A DNA stretch of 64,000 nucleotides, from positions 4,896,001 through 4,960,000 of the forward strand of contig CBDBGH010000003.1 in NCBI GenBank assembly GCA_965205265.1. Reading direction: 5' to 3'. The notes under the pieces were generated by a model. It did not search any database and was not told where the DNA came from. It worked only from the letters and a program-made list of their open reading frames with translations. Below are positions 37,183 to 47,482 of the stretch, piece after piece. The position numbers were made by a program, and so were the translations under genes. Source of the DNA: Alphaproteobacteria bacterium (GTDB lineage: Bacteria; Pseudomonadota; Alphaproteobacteria; Bin95). How positions within the stretch are numbered: the first letter of the stretch is position 1; every line of letters starts with the position of its first letter.

Positions 37183-39660
37183 CTATTGCCCGGTCGGCCG
37201 GTCATCTCCCCGTCCCTGCCCAATCCGTCCCTGGGAACGGCCGGTCAACCTAGCAACAGAGCTTCCAATCTCCCCTCCTATCCCACGCGCCAGCGGCGCC
37301 CCGGCAGACCCGGTGGCGGCCGTCGCGCCGATCATGCCGATGCGGGCCCGGTCGAGAGCGCCCTGGTCGGCCAGGTCCGCCCGCGCCCCGATCCAATTCA
37401 ACACGCGGTTGGGGAACTCGGTCACGAGCGAGAACGATCTCTCGATCAGGATCAACTGCATCACGCCGACCAGAAGGCCCAGGGCCGGCAGGATCAGCAT
37501 GATGGCAATCAAGGAGGAACCCACGACGCTGGCCTGGAACACCGGGAAAATCCCCGACAGCAGAAGGCCCGACGTCACCCTGAAAATTCCCATTCCAATG
37601 ACAAAACCGAAGACCATCAGGATCGGCGTGAGCAGCAGGGCCAGCAGCAGCGTCCAGCCATTGGTTGCGGCTCCCGATATCCCCTCTCCATCCAGGCGCA
37701 GATGGGCGAAAGCCCACAGCGACACGCCGACCACCGCCTCGACCACCAGAAGGAAGTATCCCGTCACTCCGACAACCCAGAGGATCCACGGCATCATCGG
37801 CAGGATGATCTGAAGCAGCGCCCCCGTGCCCCAAAATACCCCGAACATCGACTGCGCGGCGCTTCCGATTCCGTCGCCGACCCCCATCGGCAATGCCTGC
37901 GTGACCGCCACTACCGCCAACAGGCCAGCCGCCACATGCAAAAAGTCCTCCCCGAAGCTCATCATTGCCAACAAGGGATCGTCGCCAAATCTCCAATTCA
38001 GCAAATCGTCCATCATCGACCTTACATATTTCCCCACCGCCGTCTTCTGTATCCAATTCGACAGCCCCCAGCCGTCCGACGTCGACAACTCCAGCACCGC
38101 CGGATTGAACTCGAACCCGCTGCCGAACGCCCCCAAATTATGCTTGTCCCGGTGAAAGGCCTGCAGCATCGCTGCATATCCCGCGGACGCTTTCTTTACA
38201 TCGAGCAACTTTATCGCATGGTCCGTGCCATAAACCGGCGTTCCGCTGTTCTGGAGCGCCATCGTCACATCGACGCCCACCGCGCTCTCCGTTTCATCCA
38301 CAGTCCAATTGTGTGGCTTATATCCCAACGCCGCTGGAGGTTTGACCCTGTTGAATACAATATCTTCGGAAATTTTTCCGAAGACGGAAGAAAATACATT
38401 CAGGCTATTGTTGATCCTGGCAAAGGCAATGTACCATTTTCCCGCACCGATCCAACCTTCTCCATAACATCTGTGGCGATTTTCCTTGTCCGCCATGACC
38501 TCCGAGCGACATGCTTCCCCTCCCGTTATCGCATTCAACAACAATTCGCCATTCATGGCGCCATCTTCGCCCTTCAGGACGCCAACAGCCGAAAAGATGG
38601 TCCTGAACAGTCTGGAGAGGTCCGTATTTGCCTGTATAACGGCATCCGCAATTCCCGGCGAGTGGCTGACTCCCCGCGAAGACAACGGCCTGGAGGCCTT
38701 CTCTGTAAGAACTACATCGGCCTTTTCATGTGCGATGGACCACATTCGATTATAGAGGTTTTGCATAATCGCGAAATGCGCGTCCTTGAAGTTCCTGAAG
38801 ATGAAATCAATATCCTCGTCCTTTATGCCACTCTTTTCCAGATAACTGACTATATCCTCATCATAGACCGGAGTGCTCCAGTATCCACAAAGCGGACTCG
38901 ACTGGCCGTTGGGGAAATACAGGCGCAGACTGACCACATCCCGTACACGGGATCCGGACTCCCGGGCCTCCACCTGAATGGACCGTATCCTGTATCCGCT
39001 GTCCAGATACCCCTTGTTGTTCAAAAACTGACGCGTAACGACCTCTCGGCACGCCGCTATGGAATACATCTTCTCCACCATGCTTCCCGGAATGCTGGGA
39101 GGCTGGGCGGAAAGCGGTATTTGGTCGGCGAGCAGCGCTTCGGCGGACTTCGTCCAAAGAAAGGACGCCGTCATTGTAGCCCCGCGCACCACATAGGCTA
39201 CGCCGGCCTGAACCGCGTTATACCCTTCGAGATTGGGCAATGGCACGAGCATGCCGACGGCGAAAACGACCCGCATCGGCGCCCACAGGCTGGACCAGCG
39301 ACGGCCGAGCAGTTCGCCTTCGTGGGCTGTTTGAAGAAGCCCGGCAGTGGCGTTCCAGGCGAAGAGCAGTCCCCCGAGACCCAGGGCAACAACATTGAAG
39401 TAGCCAATGATCGTGGAGAATACGGTTCGGTTCACCGCGTCCGGGCCCCTGTCCACGGCAGGGAACAACGGCCCGAACAATTCGTGCAGGAAAATGCTCG
39501 TCAGCGGGTCGCCGAATTCATCCGAGAAAAACTCCTGCGCCTGACCGACGGAGAATTCCTGATGCTGGATATTCGGGTCGATATGCGGCTGCCCCTGTGC
39601 CTGTGCGGCCGATAGCGGGGCCATCAGCAGGACCAGGACAATCAGCAGGCGCCGCAGCAT
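37183..39660 (-). CDS. dotA: DotA/TraY-family protein
   Basis: QTAHEGELLGRRWSSLWAPMR, GWIGAGKWY, DPL, PMMPW, EAVVGVSLWAFAH, PILMVFG. Confidence 0.9.
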   Translation of the reverse strand: MLRRLLIVLVLLMAPLSAAQAQGQPHIDPNIQHQEFSVGQAQEFFSDEFGDPLTSIFLHELFGPLFPAVDRGPDAVNRTVFSTIIGYFNVVALGLGGLLFAWNATAGLLQTAHEGELLGRRWSSLWAPMRVVFAVGMLVPLPNLEGYNAVQAGVAYVVRGATMTASFLWTKSAEALLADQIPLSAQPPSIPGSMVEKMYSIAACREVVTRQFLNNKGYLDSGYRIRSIQVEARESGSRVRDVVSLRLYFPNGQSSPLCGYWSTPVYDEDIVSYLEKSGIKDEDIDFIFRNFKDAHFAIMQNLYNRMWSIAHEKADVVLTEKASRPLSSRGVSHSPGIADAVIQANTDLSRLFRTIFSAVGVLKGEDGAMNGELLLNAITGGEACRSEVMADKENRHRCYGEGWIGAGKWYIAFARINNSLNVFSSVFGKISEDIVFNRVKPPAALGYKPHNWTVDETESAVGVDVTMALQNSGTPVYGTDHAIKLLDVKKASAGYAAMLQAFHRDKHNLGAFGSGFEFNPAVLELSTSDGWGLSNWIQKTAVGKYVRSMMDDLLNWRFGDDPLLAMMSFGEDFLHVAAGLLAVVAVTQALPMGVGDGIGSAAQSMFGVFWGTGALLQIILPMMPWILWVVGVTGYFLLVVEAVVGVSLWAFAHLRLDGEGISGAATNGWTLLLALLLTPILMVFGFVIGMGIFRVTSGLLLSGIFPVFQASVVGSSLIAIMLILPALGLLVGVMQLILIERSFSLVTEFPNRVLNWIGARADLADQGALDRARIGMIGATAATGSAGAPLARGIGGEIGSSVARLTGRSQGRIGQGRGDDRPTGQ

Positions 39661-39670
39661 GGACGGAGGC

Positions 39671-40162
39671 TCAGTTGGAGACCGACTTCCATGCCGGCCC
39701 GGCCGTTGCCGGGCTTACATGGCGGATCAGCAGCACATTCTGGTCGGTGATGTCCGCCTGGGGCGGGTTCGGCAGCCAGGACAGGCTGTCGAGGAGCGCC
39801 TCGACCACATCGCTGAAGCTGCCGAGGAAGCGCCGACTGCCGTCCATGCGGTAACGCCGGTCGGTCAGCACATGGACCTCGACGCCTACGCGGGCCCCCC
39901 AGCGCCGCAGCGTGTCGCCAAGCATCTCCCCGGGTCTGACATCCCAGTAGGGCATGTCAGGCTCCGCAATCGCCCCCGGCCCGGACGGCGGCGTCATGGC
40001 CGCCGGCGGCACCGCAATCCCGGCGGGCGGACGCACCACCGGGCCCGGGCCACCGCGCTCGTTCACGATTACCGGAACCGGGTCCACCCATCGGAAATCC
40101 GCCTGCGCGACGGAGGCGCCGAGCGCCGCCGCAAGGGCGGCAGGGAACGCTATCCGTCTCAT
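39671..40162 (-). CDS. TcpQ-domain periplasmic protein
   Basis: Signal peptide; WDVRPGEMLGDTLRRWG..F.GSF.D. Confidence 0.7.
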   Translation of the reverse strand: MRRIAFPAALAAALGASVAQADFRWVDPVPVIVNERGGPGPVVRPPAGIAVPPAAMTPPSGPGAIAEPDMPYWDVRPGEMLGDTLRRWGARVGVEVHVLTDRRYRMDGSRRFLGSFSDVVEALLDSLSWLPNPPQADITDQNVLLIRHVSPATAGPAWKSVSN

Positions 40163-40989
40163 ATCCCCGCGTCCTCCACCACGAGCCACCGGTTGCCGTG
40201 ATGCACCTTCACCTTCAGCACCCGCCTCAACTGGTCGCTCGACATCATCTGGTCCGCAGCCCGCAGGAACCCGCCCACGAACCGAGCATATGCGGAAACC
40301 GTGAAATTGCGATTGGACCGCCAGTCCACGCGCCAGCCGGCCATGCGGGCCCAATCCTCGAGCACCTGCTGGACCGTTTCGTGCCGGGCCGGGTCAACGA
40401 TCCAGATGCCCGGCTCTCGGCCCGGAGCGCTCATCGGGCCGCGCTGTTCGATATCCCAGTACCGATGGAACACCACCGACCCCGTCGCGGGGTCCCAGTC
40501 CCAGTTATAGCCAGCTCCTGTCGCGAAGCGGTCCAGCAGCGCCACCAGCGCTCCCTTGTGGCTCACCGTCACGGGCGGCGGCGTGCCATGCGTAACGGCA
40601 CCGTCCACCACCCGGGACGGCCGCTCCTCGACCCTCGTCGGAACCTCGGCTTCCAGGCCCAGGCGCCGGACGGCATCCGGGAACGACAGCGGCTCGAGAA
40701 TGGCCAGATTGACCTGCTTGCGGGCCAGGTCCGCCGGCAGCGGCGTCCGGACCGGACCCAACACCGTGGCCGGCATGAAATCCCCGCTTGGATAGAGCAC
40801 GGCCGAGGGCGCGGTCGAACTCCGCGGCACCGCCAGCGCCCCGGACGGTGTCGGGTGCGCCGTCTGCGGAACGGTCCCGGCCTTCGCCCCCGGGGCTCCG
40901 TTGTCGTTGCCGGGCGAACCCGCGAGGACCGGGGCCGCCACAAGAACCGCAAGCGCTGCAAGCGCGATCATCGATCTTTCGCCAGACAT
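40159..40989 (-). CDS. PilL/TcpQ-like exported protein
   Basis: Signal peptide; TVQQVLEDWARMAGWRVDW..F.GGF. Confidence 0.68.
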   Translation of the reverse strand: MSGERSMIALAALAVLVAAPVLAGSPGNDNGAPGAKAGTVPQTAHPTPSGALAVPRSSTAPSAVLYPSGDFMPATVLGPVRTPLPADLARKQVNLAILEPLSFPDAVRRLGLEAEVPTRVEERPSRVVDGAVTHGTPPPVTVSHKGALVALLDRFATGAGYNWDWDPATGSVVFHRYWDIEQRGPMSAPGREPGIWIVDPARHETVQQVLEDWARMAGWRVDWRSNRNFTVSAYARFVGGFLRAADQMMSSDQLRRVLKVKVHHGNRWLVVEDAGI

Positions 40990-41015
40990 GGGTCTCTTCT
41001 TTCCGCTTCCGCCGT

Positions 41016-42695
41016 TCACCGCCCCGCTCCGAAGGCCCCGGCCACAGTGCCGGTATCGAACACCCCGCCGACCTCTTCCTGGCCGGGACCGAAGAACCGC
41101 CCCTCGAGGCCCCTGTCGGCGCTGAACGCGCCGGCCGTCATGGGCACCTCGGTCCAGGAAATGTCGTCCCACGTCCCGTCACCGCCTATGGCGCGTATGT
41201 TCCGGATATCCAGATCGAGCTGCGAGCCGGCCAGGTCCCCGACCAGCTCCACATCGCCCCTCACGGTATCGCCGAGCCCGGCGGCATCGTAGGCGACTCC
41301 CGCCATGGAGCCGGACCACGTCGCGCTGCCCTGCACCGGATTGCTTCCCGAGGCCAGACCCGTCGAGACAGGCAGGGCGAACTCGAACGGGTCCGGGGCT
41401 CCCTCCTCGACGCCGCGCACGATCTCGAACGCGCTGTACCGTCCCCAGCCGCCAAAGGAGTCCCAGCGCACGCCGGCGGCGCTCTCGACGTCGTGTCCCA
41501 CGCCGAAATCCCTTCCGGCGGTATCCTCGATACCCAGTCCTGCCGTTCTGGAAAAACCGTCCACCGTCACCGTGCACCGGCCGGGAACACAGGACGCATC
41601 CAGACCTGTCACGCTGCCGGCCTGTTCCAGCAGGCCGCCATGCGAGGAAATGCGCAGACCGGACAGCCTCGTTTCCTCGGCATTGCCTCCGAAGCCGCCG
41701 AGCAACCCGTTCTGCTCGAATACCCCGGCCACCTCGTCCCAGCTCCCGCCGGATCCGAAGAAGCCGCCATAAAGCCGGTTTTCCAGCACGCCACCTCCGA
41801 ACATCACGCGCAGGATCCGCGGTTCCTCGCCTTCGGGGATCAGCGATTCCGCACCTCCGGGGAGTTCCGCCGCGTCGGCCCGCACGATCTCTACGGGCAA
41901 TCCTGCGAAGAAGATCGGTGCATCCGGGCGCCCGTCGCGCAGACGGCGAATGTTGGTGAAATCCACATGCAGCGTCCCGACCCTGAATCCCACATCCGCT
42001 ACCGAGGTCACCAGCCGCCCGTCGCTTGTGAACCGGATTTCCGCATCGCCGTAGATCACCGACTCCCAGAACGACAATGCCGGGCGCACCGCGACCACGT
42101 GGCCTCTCCACGTCCTGTCCGGCAAGACGGTCGGCCCGATCACCAGCCCGTCGGCAAAATCCCCGAAAGCCATTGCGTAGCGCACGTCGAGCGCGCCGGC
42201 TTCCGTGATATCCCAACGGGCCGTCCGGATCCCGAACCCGCTGTGATGCAGCCACCCGCCGAAGAAATTCTCCGTGACGCCACGCTGCCCGACAAGATCG
42301 ATTCCCTCTCGTGCCGGGATATCGAGCACCGGAGCCTGCGCGAGCCCGCTCGTGCTGTGCAGCAGGATGGGATTGTCCCTCAGCCCGTCCGCCGCACAGA
42401 CGGCCTGCGTCGCCGAGCACTGGATCTCGGCGACGAAGCCCATGTCGTCCCGCTCGCCATACAGGCTGGTGACATGCAGGGTATCCACCCGGGCCGCAAC
42501 ACCCGTAGCGTGGATCGAGGCCCGCGGCGGACCCTGGCCGGGCTCCTCACCGACGGGCCGGGTCCCTCCTTCCCGTTCGGGGTTCGCCGGCTGTATCGAC
42601 AGCGGTGGACCCGAGGACCCGCCGCCGCCACAGGCATGCAACGAACAGGCGAACAGCGCCGCCGCGACGACCCGCAGGAAGCCCGGACCACTCAT
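41016..42695 (-). CDS. Lipoprotein with two TbpB-like barrels
   Basis: LHAC+GGGG; GGFFG..EVAGVF; GSATWSG; FFGP..EVGGVF..GAFGA. Confidence 0.75.
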   Translation of the reverse strand: MSGPGFLRVVAAALFACSLHACGGGGSSGPPLSIQPANPEREGGTRPVGEEPGQGPPRASIHATGVAARVDTLHVTSLYGERDDMGFVAEIQCSATQAVCAADGLRDNPILLHSTSGLAQAPVLDIPAREGIDLVGQRGVTENFFGGWLHHSGFGIRTARWDITEAGALDVRYAMAFGDFADGLVIGPTVLPDRTWRGHVVAVRPALSFWESVIYGDAEIRFTSDGRLVTSVADVGFRVGTLHVDFTNIRRLRDGRPDAPIFFAGLPVEIVRADAAELPGGAESLIPEGEEPRILRVMFGGGVLENRLYGGFFGSGGSWDEVAGVFEQNGLLGGFGGNAEETRLSGLRISSHGGLLEQAGSVTGLDASCVPGRCTVTVDGFSRTAGLGIEDTAGRDFGVGHDVESAAGVRWDSFGGWGRYSAFEIVRGVEEGAPDPFEFALPVSTGLASGSNPVQGSATWSGSMAGVAYDAAGLGDTVRGDVELVGDLAGSQLDLDIRNIRAIGGDGTWDDISWTEVPMTAGAFSADRGLEGRFFGPGQEEVGGVFDTGTVAGAFGAGR

Positions 42696-43705
42696 TCCCC
42701 TGTCTCCCGTCTTGCGCCGAACGCCCCGACAATGCCCAATTGCTCGAACACGCCGGCCGCCTCGACATGGTCCGGGCCGAAGAAGCCGCCATGGATGTAG
42801 TTGTCTCCGGTGCCCTGCCCGAACCGGCCCAGGCTGTCGACGGCCACATCGCGGAAGACGATCGTCGGAAGCCCGCCCGTGATGTTCGTGAAGGACGCGT
42901 CCAGCAGTTCCGTATCGAGGTAGTAGGTCACCGTCGCCGTGCCCGTCAGCCGCTGCGAGGAATGCTCCGGCGCCCCGACCATCGCGCCGTTCCAGACCAC
43001 GCTCTGGCCCGTTTCCGCGAGACGGGCCGGCCTGGTGCCCGTGAGATCGCCGGCCACCAGCGCATAGCGCCAGACCGTCTCGAACTCGACATCCTCGATT
43101 TCGGCGTCGCGAATGCTCCGGGCCGTCCGGACCACGAACCCGCTGTGGTGCATCCAGGCCCCCCAGGACCGCATGTCGGGACTTGCGGGGCGCGGATGGA
43201 GGTTGGTCGACCGCGCCTCCATGATGTTGATGCCGCTCTGCGGCTCCTCGAAAAGGACACTGGCGCGGCGCGATACCCACTGCATGTCCTGAAGGCCGTA
43301 TTCGTTCCTCACGCCTCCGGCCGGGCCGGGGAGCGCGGGCGGGGAGCCGGGTTCCTCTCCCGGCCCTACAAACACCGGTTCGCACATGATCCCCGTGCAG
43401 CCCGGTCCGTAGCTGAACCGGACCGACTCCGGAAGTTCCGGAGGATCCGTGATCGGCGGCAGGCCGGTCTCCGGGTCGATGGGAGGCGGGTCCACCGCCC
43501 GACTGTTCCTCTGGCCGAGAATCCGGCTCATCCTGAACAGGTCCGTCCGCCTGATGATGCCGGATGCCCGGGCCGCCTGCTCGCCGCCGGGCTCGGTACC
43601 GGGGCCGAAACCCGGAGGCCTCGGCGCGGTGCCTGTCCCGCCGCCCCCGCCGCCGCATGCCGCAAGCAGCGCCAGGGCCGCCATCGCCACCGCAATCCGC
43701 CACAT
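42692..43705 (-). CDS. Lipoprotein with TbpB-like barrel
   Basis: LAAC+GGGGGG; WNGAMVG; GGFFGPDHVEAAGVF..GAFGA. Confidence 0.78.
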   Translation of the reverse strand: MWRIAVAMAALALLAACGGGGGGTGTAPRPPGFGPGTEPGGEQAARASGIIRRTDLFRMSRILGQRNSRAVDPPPIDPETGLPPITDPPELPESVRFSYGPGCTGIMCEPVFVGPGEEPGSPPALPGPAGGVRNEYGLQDMQWVSRRASVLFEEPQSGINIMEARSTNLHPRPASPDMRSWGAWMHHSGFVVRTARSIRDAEIEDVEFETVWRYALVAGDLTGTRPARLAETGQSVVWNGAMVGAPEHSSQRLTGTATVTYYLDTELLDASFTNITGGLPTIVFRDVAVDSLGRFGQGTGDNYIHGGFFGPDHVEAAGVFEQLGIVGAFGARRETGE

Positions 43706-43911
43706 GCCGCCGAACTCCCCTGCGCTTTCTCCAGCGTTTCCCACTAACGCCGGAGCACGTCAGTCCCATTAGCACGATGCAGCAAAGGCCCGTCATACTC
43801 GGCGAGACGATATATGGGGAAACTCGCGATTCCCGGCGCTGGCCGTATTGACCCCCGCTGTCCCTTACCGCATCCCGAATACGGGTTTTCCCGAACGCCG
43901 GAGACATCTTC

Positions 43912-44991
43912 TTGCCGCCCCTTCATGTTCTCGACCAGGCTCGCAGGACCAATCTGCGCATCCTCTTTCTCGCCCCGCATGCCCCGGTGAACGGCGCCGC
44001 GCCGCCTCCGGCCATCGACCCCGTTTTCGGCGTCCAGCCCGCCTACCACCGCGAGATTCACGACCTTCTGCGGGACGCGCTCGGGCTCGACCTGGTCAGT
44101 CGGAACAGCCTCGACGGCCTGGACGAGGCCCTTGACAGGGCCAATTTCGTCTTCTCGCTCTACAACATCGCTCCCTTCCGCAATTCCGAGGTCCATGTCG
44201 CCTCTCTCGCCGCCAAGGCCGGGATCGCCTGCCTGGGGGCCCCGCCCAACATCCGCGCCCTCGCCGAGGACAAGTGGATATCGAAGCTGTCCGCGCGGGC
44301 TCTGGGCATTCCCTGCCCGCCCGGCCAGCCCTATGGCGACGGCCACGACGTCCTGCCGCCGGCCTTTCCCGGCCCCTATATCGCCAAGCCGCGCTTCGGG
44401 GCCGCTTCCGCCGAGATCGACGAGATGAGCGTCCATGACCGTTTCGAACCCTTGCGCGGCCGCGTCGCGGCACTGTCGAACGCCCCGGATTCCTGCCTGG
44501 TGGAGCAGGTCGCCGGGGCGTTCGACGTGACGGTCCCGGTCCTGCCGGGACCGGAAGGGCCGTTCGCCCTGCCGGTTGCCTGCCAGAAGGCGGCCGGGCC
44601 GAGCGGCGTCTTCACCCACCGCCAGAAGCGCCGTCTCGAGCCGGGTCTCGTGCGCGAATTCCCGGGAGACGCCCCCTGGACCCGCCCGATCATCCGCGAT
44701 GCCCTGCGCTTTGCCCGGGCCGTCCAGCCCTGGGACTATCTGCGTTGCGACTTCCGGGCGGGCCCCGACGGCCACGCTTTTCTGGAATGCAATGTCGCCT
44801 GCTCGATCGGTTCCGCCATGGCGTTCGCCCAGTGCGCCGAACAGGCCGGGATCGCGCTCGAGAGCCTCGTGGAGCACATCATTGCCGCAAGCCTCGACCG
44901 GCAGTGGGGACCCGGAGAAGACCGGCCGCCGGTCGTCCCGGGCCGGCACGGCCGTCCGGCGCGGGAACCGGAGCGGCGACACCATGCCTGA
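43912..44991 (+). CDS. D-Ala-D-Ala-ligase-like ATP-grasp protein
   Basis: EDKWISK, IAKPRFGAAS, LVEQ, YLRCDFR, FLECN. Confidence 0.75.
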   Translation: MPPLHVLDQARRTNLRILFLAPHAPVNGAAPPPAIDPVFGVQPAYHREIHDLLRDALGLDLVSRNSLDGLDEALDRANFVFSLYNIAPFRNSEVHVASLAAKAGIACLGAPPNIRALAEDKWISKLSARALGIPCPPGQPYGDGHDVLPPAFPGPYIAKPRFGAASAEIDEMSVHDRFEPLRGRVAALSNAPDSCLVEQVAGAFDVTVPVLPGPEGPFALPVACQKAAGPSGVFTHRQKRRLEPGLVREFPGDAPWTRPIIRDALRFARAVQPWDYLRCDFRAGPDGHAFLECNVACSIGSAMAFAQCAEQAGIALESLVEHIIAASLDRQWGPGEDRPPVVPGRHGRPAREPERRHHA

Positions 44992-45099
44992 CGGTTGCCG
45001 CAGCCGCGGCGAGCAGCCCTACGGCCTTTGCACGGTGCATGGCCTCCGCCGGATTACCGGGGCGCTCGAGATGGGCTACAGGAACAGGGACACCGCTCT

Positions 45100-46221
45100 C
45101 TACGGGGTGATCGTCGCGAACCGCGGCGTTTCCCCTGCCATGCGCGTGGCATCGACCAGCAGTTGCCGGCTTGACACCTCAAGCTGCAGATAGGCGATGC
45201 GCGCGTGAAGCGCCTGGGTCTCATAGATGCGCTTCATGTAGTTTCTGGCGGTCATCGACGACTCCCGCTGGGCCGCTTCCTCCGGCTGCGGCTCGTGGTG
45301 ATAGGTCGTCAGCACGTCAAGGGCCTGCATTTCCGAGACCGCCCCTGCCGGCAGCGGCCGCAAATAGAGGCCCTTGTCGGCGAATTTCCTCATCGTCTTC
45401 CCGCTTCTGATCGCCATGCCGCCCGAGCCCGGCGACGTCGTCTGACCTTCGCGCAGACCGAGCACATAGGCCATGGCCTCGCGCACGATGCTGTGCCTGA
45501 CGCGGACCCCGTCCATCTCGCTGTCCAGAACCCTGTAGCCCGGGGCCGCTTTCAGCTCTTCGTTGAGTTCCGGCGGCTGCAACGGGTCGATGACGTTCTG
45601 GATGAGGGCTTCGGTACCCCGGTTGCGCTCCGGGCTGCGTTCGACCGTCGTCCCGTCCCACCAGTCCCTGAAGTCGGTCGTGGAAATCCCCTCGCCCTCC
45701 AATTCCTTGCGGAGTTCCTGACGCTCCACGGCATAGCGCACGCTTCCCTCGGTGCGCGCCGGCGTTTCCGGCGGCGGCTTGCGCGCCGACTCGCTGTTGC
45801 TTTCCAGTCCGGCCTCCGGCGCCCCGGTTCCCCCATAGCCGGCGCGCTCGAGCGTGAGGCAGCCGTTCGGGTCCGGGTCATACCGTCCCTCGGCTTTAGC
45901 GCTCGCACGGAACTCCTGTCTCAGACGCAGGGCCTCGTTCGTCTCCTGGGCGTCGGCGAGACGCTCCATCGCCTCGATCTGCAGTCTGTCATACTGGGAC
46001 AGCTGCGAGGTCTGCTGCCGGAGCGCCTCGACGATGGCCTCCGTCATTTCGTCGATCCAGCGCCTGACGTCCCTTCTGGTGTCGCCGTGCTCCGAACTGA
46101 CAAGACGGGTTATCCTGTAACAAATTCCGGAACATTTCGCCGCAGCGGCCTCCCGGACATCCCCGAAAATCACCAGAACCGCCATGGCGGCCACGGCAAA
46201 AACGAATGCCTTCCGTATCAT
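45100..46221 (-). CDS. Exported TraW/VirB5-like conjugation protein
   Basis: Signal peptide, helical body, DPNGC, IQNVIDP, SEMQAL. Confidence 0.5.
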   Translation of the reverse strand: MIRKAFVFAVAAMAVLVIFGDVREAAAAKCSGICYRITRLVSSEHGDTRRDVRRWIDEMTEAIVEALRQQTSQLSQYDRLQIEAMERLADAQETNEALRLRQEFRASAKAEGRYDPDPNGCLTLERAGYGGTGAPEAGLESNSESARKPPPETPARTEGSVRYAVERQELRKELEGEGISTTDFRDWWDGTTVERSPERNRGTEALIQNVIDPLQPPELNEELKAAPGYRVLDSEMDGVRVRHSIVREAMAYVLGLREGQTTSPGSGGMAIRSGKTMRKFADKGLYLRPLPAGAVSEMQALDVLTTYHHEPQPEEAAQRESSMTARNYMKRIYETQALHARIAYLQLEVSSRQLLVDATRMAGETPRFATITP

Positions 46222-46234
46222 CGCGCCGCTCCCG

Positions 46235-46828
46235 TCACCTGCCGCCGCCAAGCATCGAGTCCCAGGCTTCCCGACGCCTGTCGTTCAATTCCCTCTGGAC
46301 CCCGCCTGTCAGCGGCCGGAGGGCTTCATTGGCGCCGCGCCGGACCTCGTTGCCCACACGGGCATTCCTGGTCGCCCCCCTGACCACTGAGCCCGGCGAT
46401 GGCAGCCAGCTTGTCGGATCGAGCACGGACTGGAGGGAGCCGACCCCCCCGCTCAGGCTGGTGATCGGCGAGGTCACCTGCGCCCACTGCCGCTCGGCAA
46501 AATTGCAGACGGCCCGTCCCAGGCCCTCGACCCACCTGTCGAGCGCCGACAACGGGTCGATCAATATGCCCGAAAAGGTGTCGATATCGATGTCCAGAAG
46601 ATTGTCGAGACACCCCAGGTCGCCCACCGCCCGGGGAGGCTCGATCGCCTGCTCGGCGATTCTCACGCTGTTTTCCAGTTCCTGGCGGCTCCGTTCCGCA
46701 ACAATGCTCCGGCTCGCATCGTCGCAACCGGCCCGCGCCATGCGTTCCGACAGCCGGTCGGCCTGCGCCGGAACGGTCCCGGCAAACAGGAGTGCGAGAA
46801 CCAGAACGGACCACGTTTTCCTGTTCAT
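46235..46828 (-). CDS. Exported TraV-like conjugation protein
   Basis: Signal peptide; GC...GCLD...AVC; upstream of TraW-like gene. Confidence 0.45.
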   Translation of the reverse strand: MNRKTWSVLVLALLFAGTVPAQADRLSERMARAGCDDASRSIVAERSRQELENSVRIAEQAIEPPRAVGDLGCLDNLLDIDIDTFSGILIDPLSALDRWVEGLGRAVCNFAERQWAQVTSPITSLSGGVGSLQSVLDPTSWLPSPGSVVRGATRNARVGNEVRRGANEALRPLTGGVQRELNDRRREAWDSMLGGGR

Positions 46829-47328
46829 CGGCACTTTCTCCGCCTGTCCGAACACGCATGTCCAGCGTAGCACGGCCAGGGGTGCTCGCCGGTTCAGCCG
46901 ACGCAGCTTTATGGGGAAACTCGAATTCGCCCGACGCCCGCCTGTCAGGACCTCTCCTCCGGCCCCGGGGGCCTCCCGGTCCGATGTCGCTCTCCCGCAC
47001 CAGACCTCTTCCAGGATTCTCTCCGCCCGATCACCTGCTCATCCGGACACCCCGGCAGGTCTATAGGAATCCAGCCGTCACGGTCCTCCAATCCGGACGT
47101 ATCGTGGACATGCGCTGTCAACGCCCTCGCATATGACCGGCCGTCATGGCATGCTGGCCGTGTCGGCCTTGGCCGTCACGCTGTTTGTACATCGTCGGGC
47201 CAGAGGCTGGAGCGGGGGCGCCGTCGAGGCGTGATGCGTGATCCCTGCCGGCCGCCGCATGCGCATTCACCGCCTGGATTCGAGCGGTCCGCCAGTCCTT
47301 GCGCAACAAGAGGCTTGGGGAGCGGAGA

Positions 47329-47482
47329 ACAGCGGGCCTTATGCCCGCCTCATACACATTGAAGCATCACCGCCAGGGTGTCATTGCGGTTCATGCGCTC
47401 AGCACAGCGGGCTTTATGCCCGCTCCATTGAAGACAAGGGCGTAGGAAGCACCTTAGGGAGCACCCGCCTCACACATTGAAG
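47329..47482 (+). CRISPR. Degenerate cas-less CRISPR-repeat-like cluster A
   Basis: CATTGAAG at 47357, 47426, 47475; first two preceded by GCGGGC-N5-GCCCGC stems; irregular spacing. Confidence 0.45.

Noticed and set aside
43912-44991. van-type glycopeptide resistance ligase
   Set aside because: No vanH/X/R/S neighbours; divergent sequence
47329-47482. Canonical functional CRISPR array
   Set aside because: Divergent repeats, irregular spacing and no cas genes; kept only as a repeat-mimic candidate
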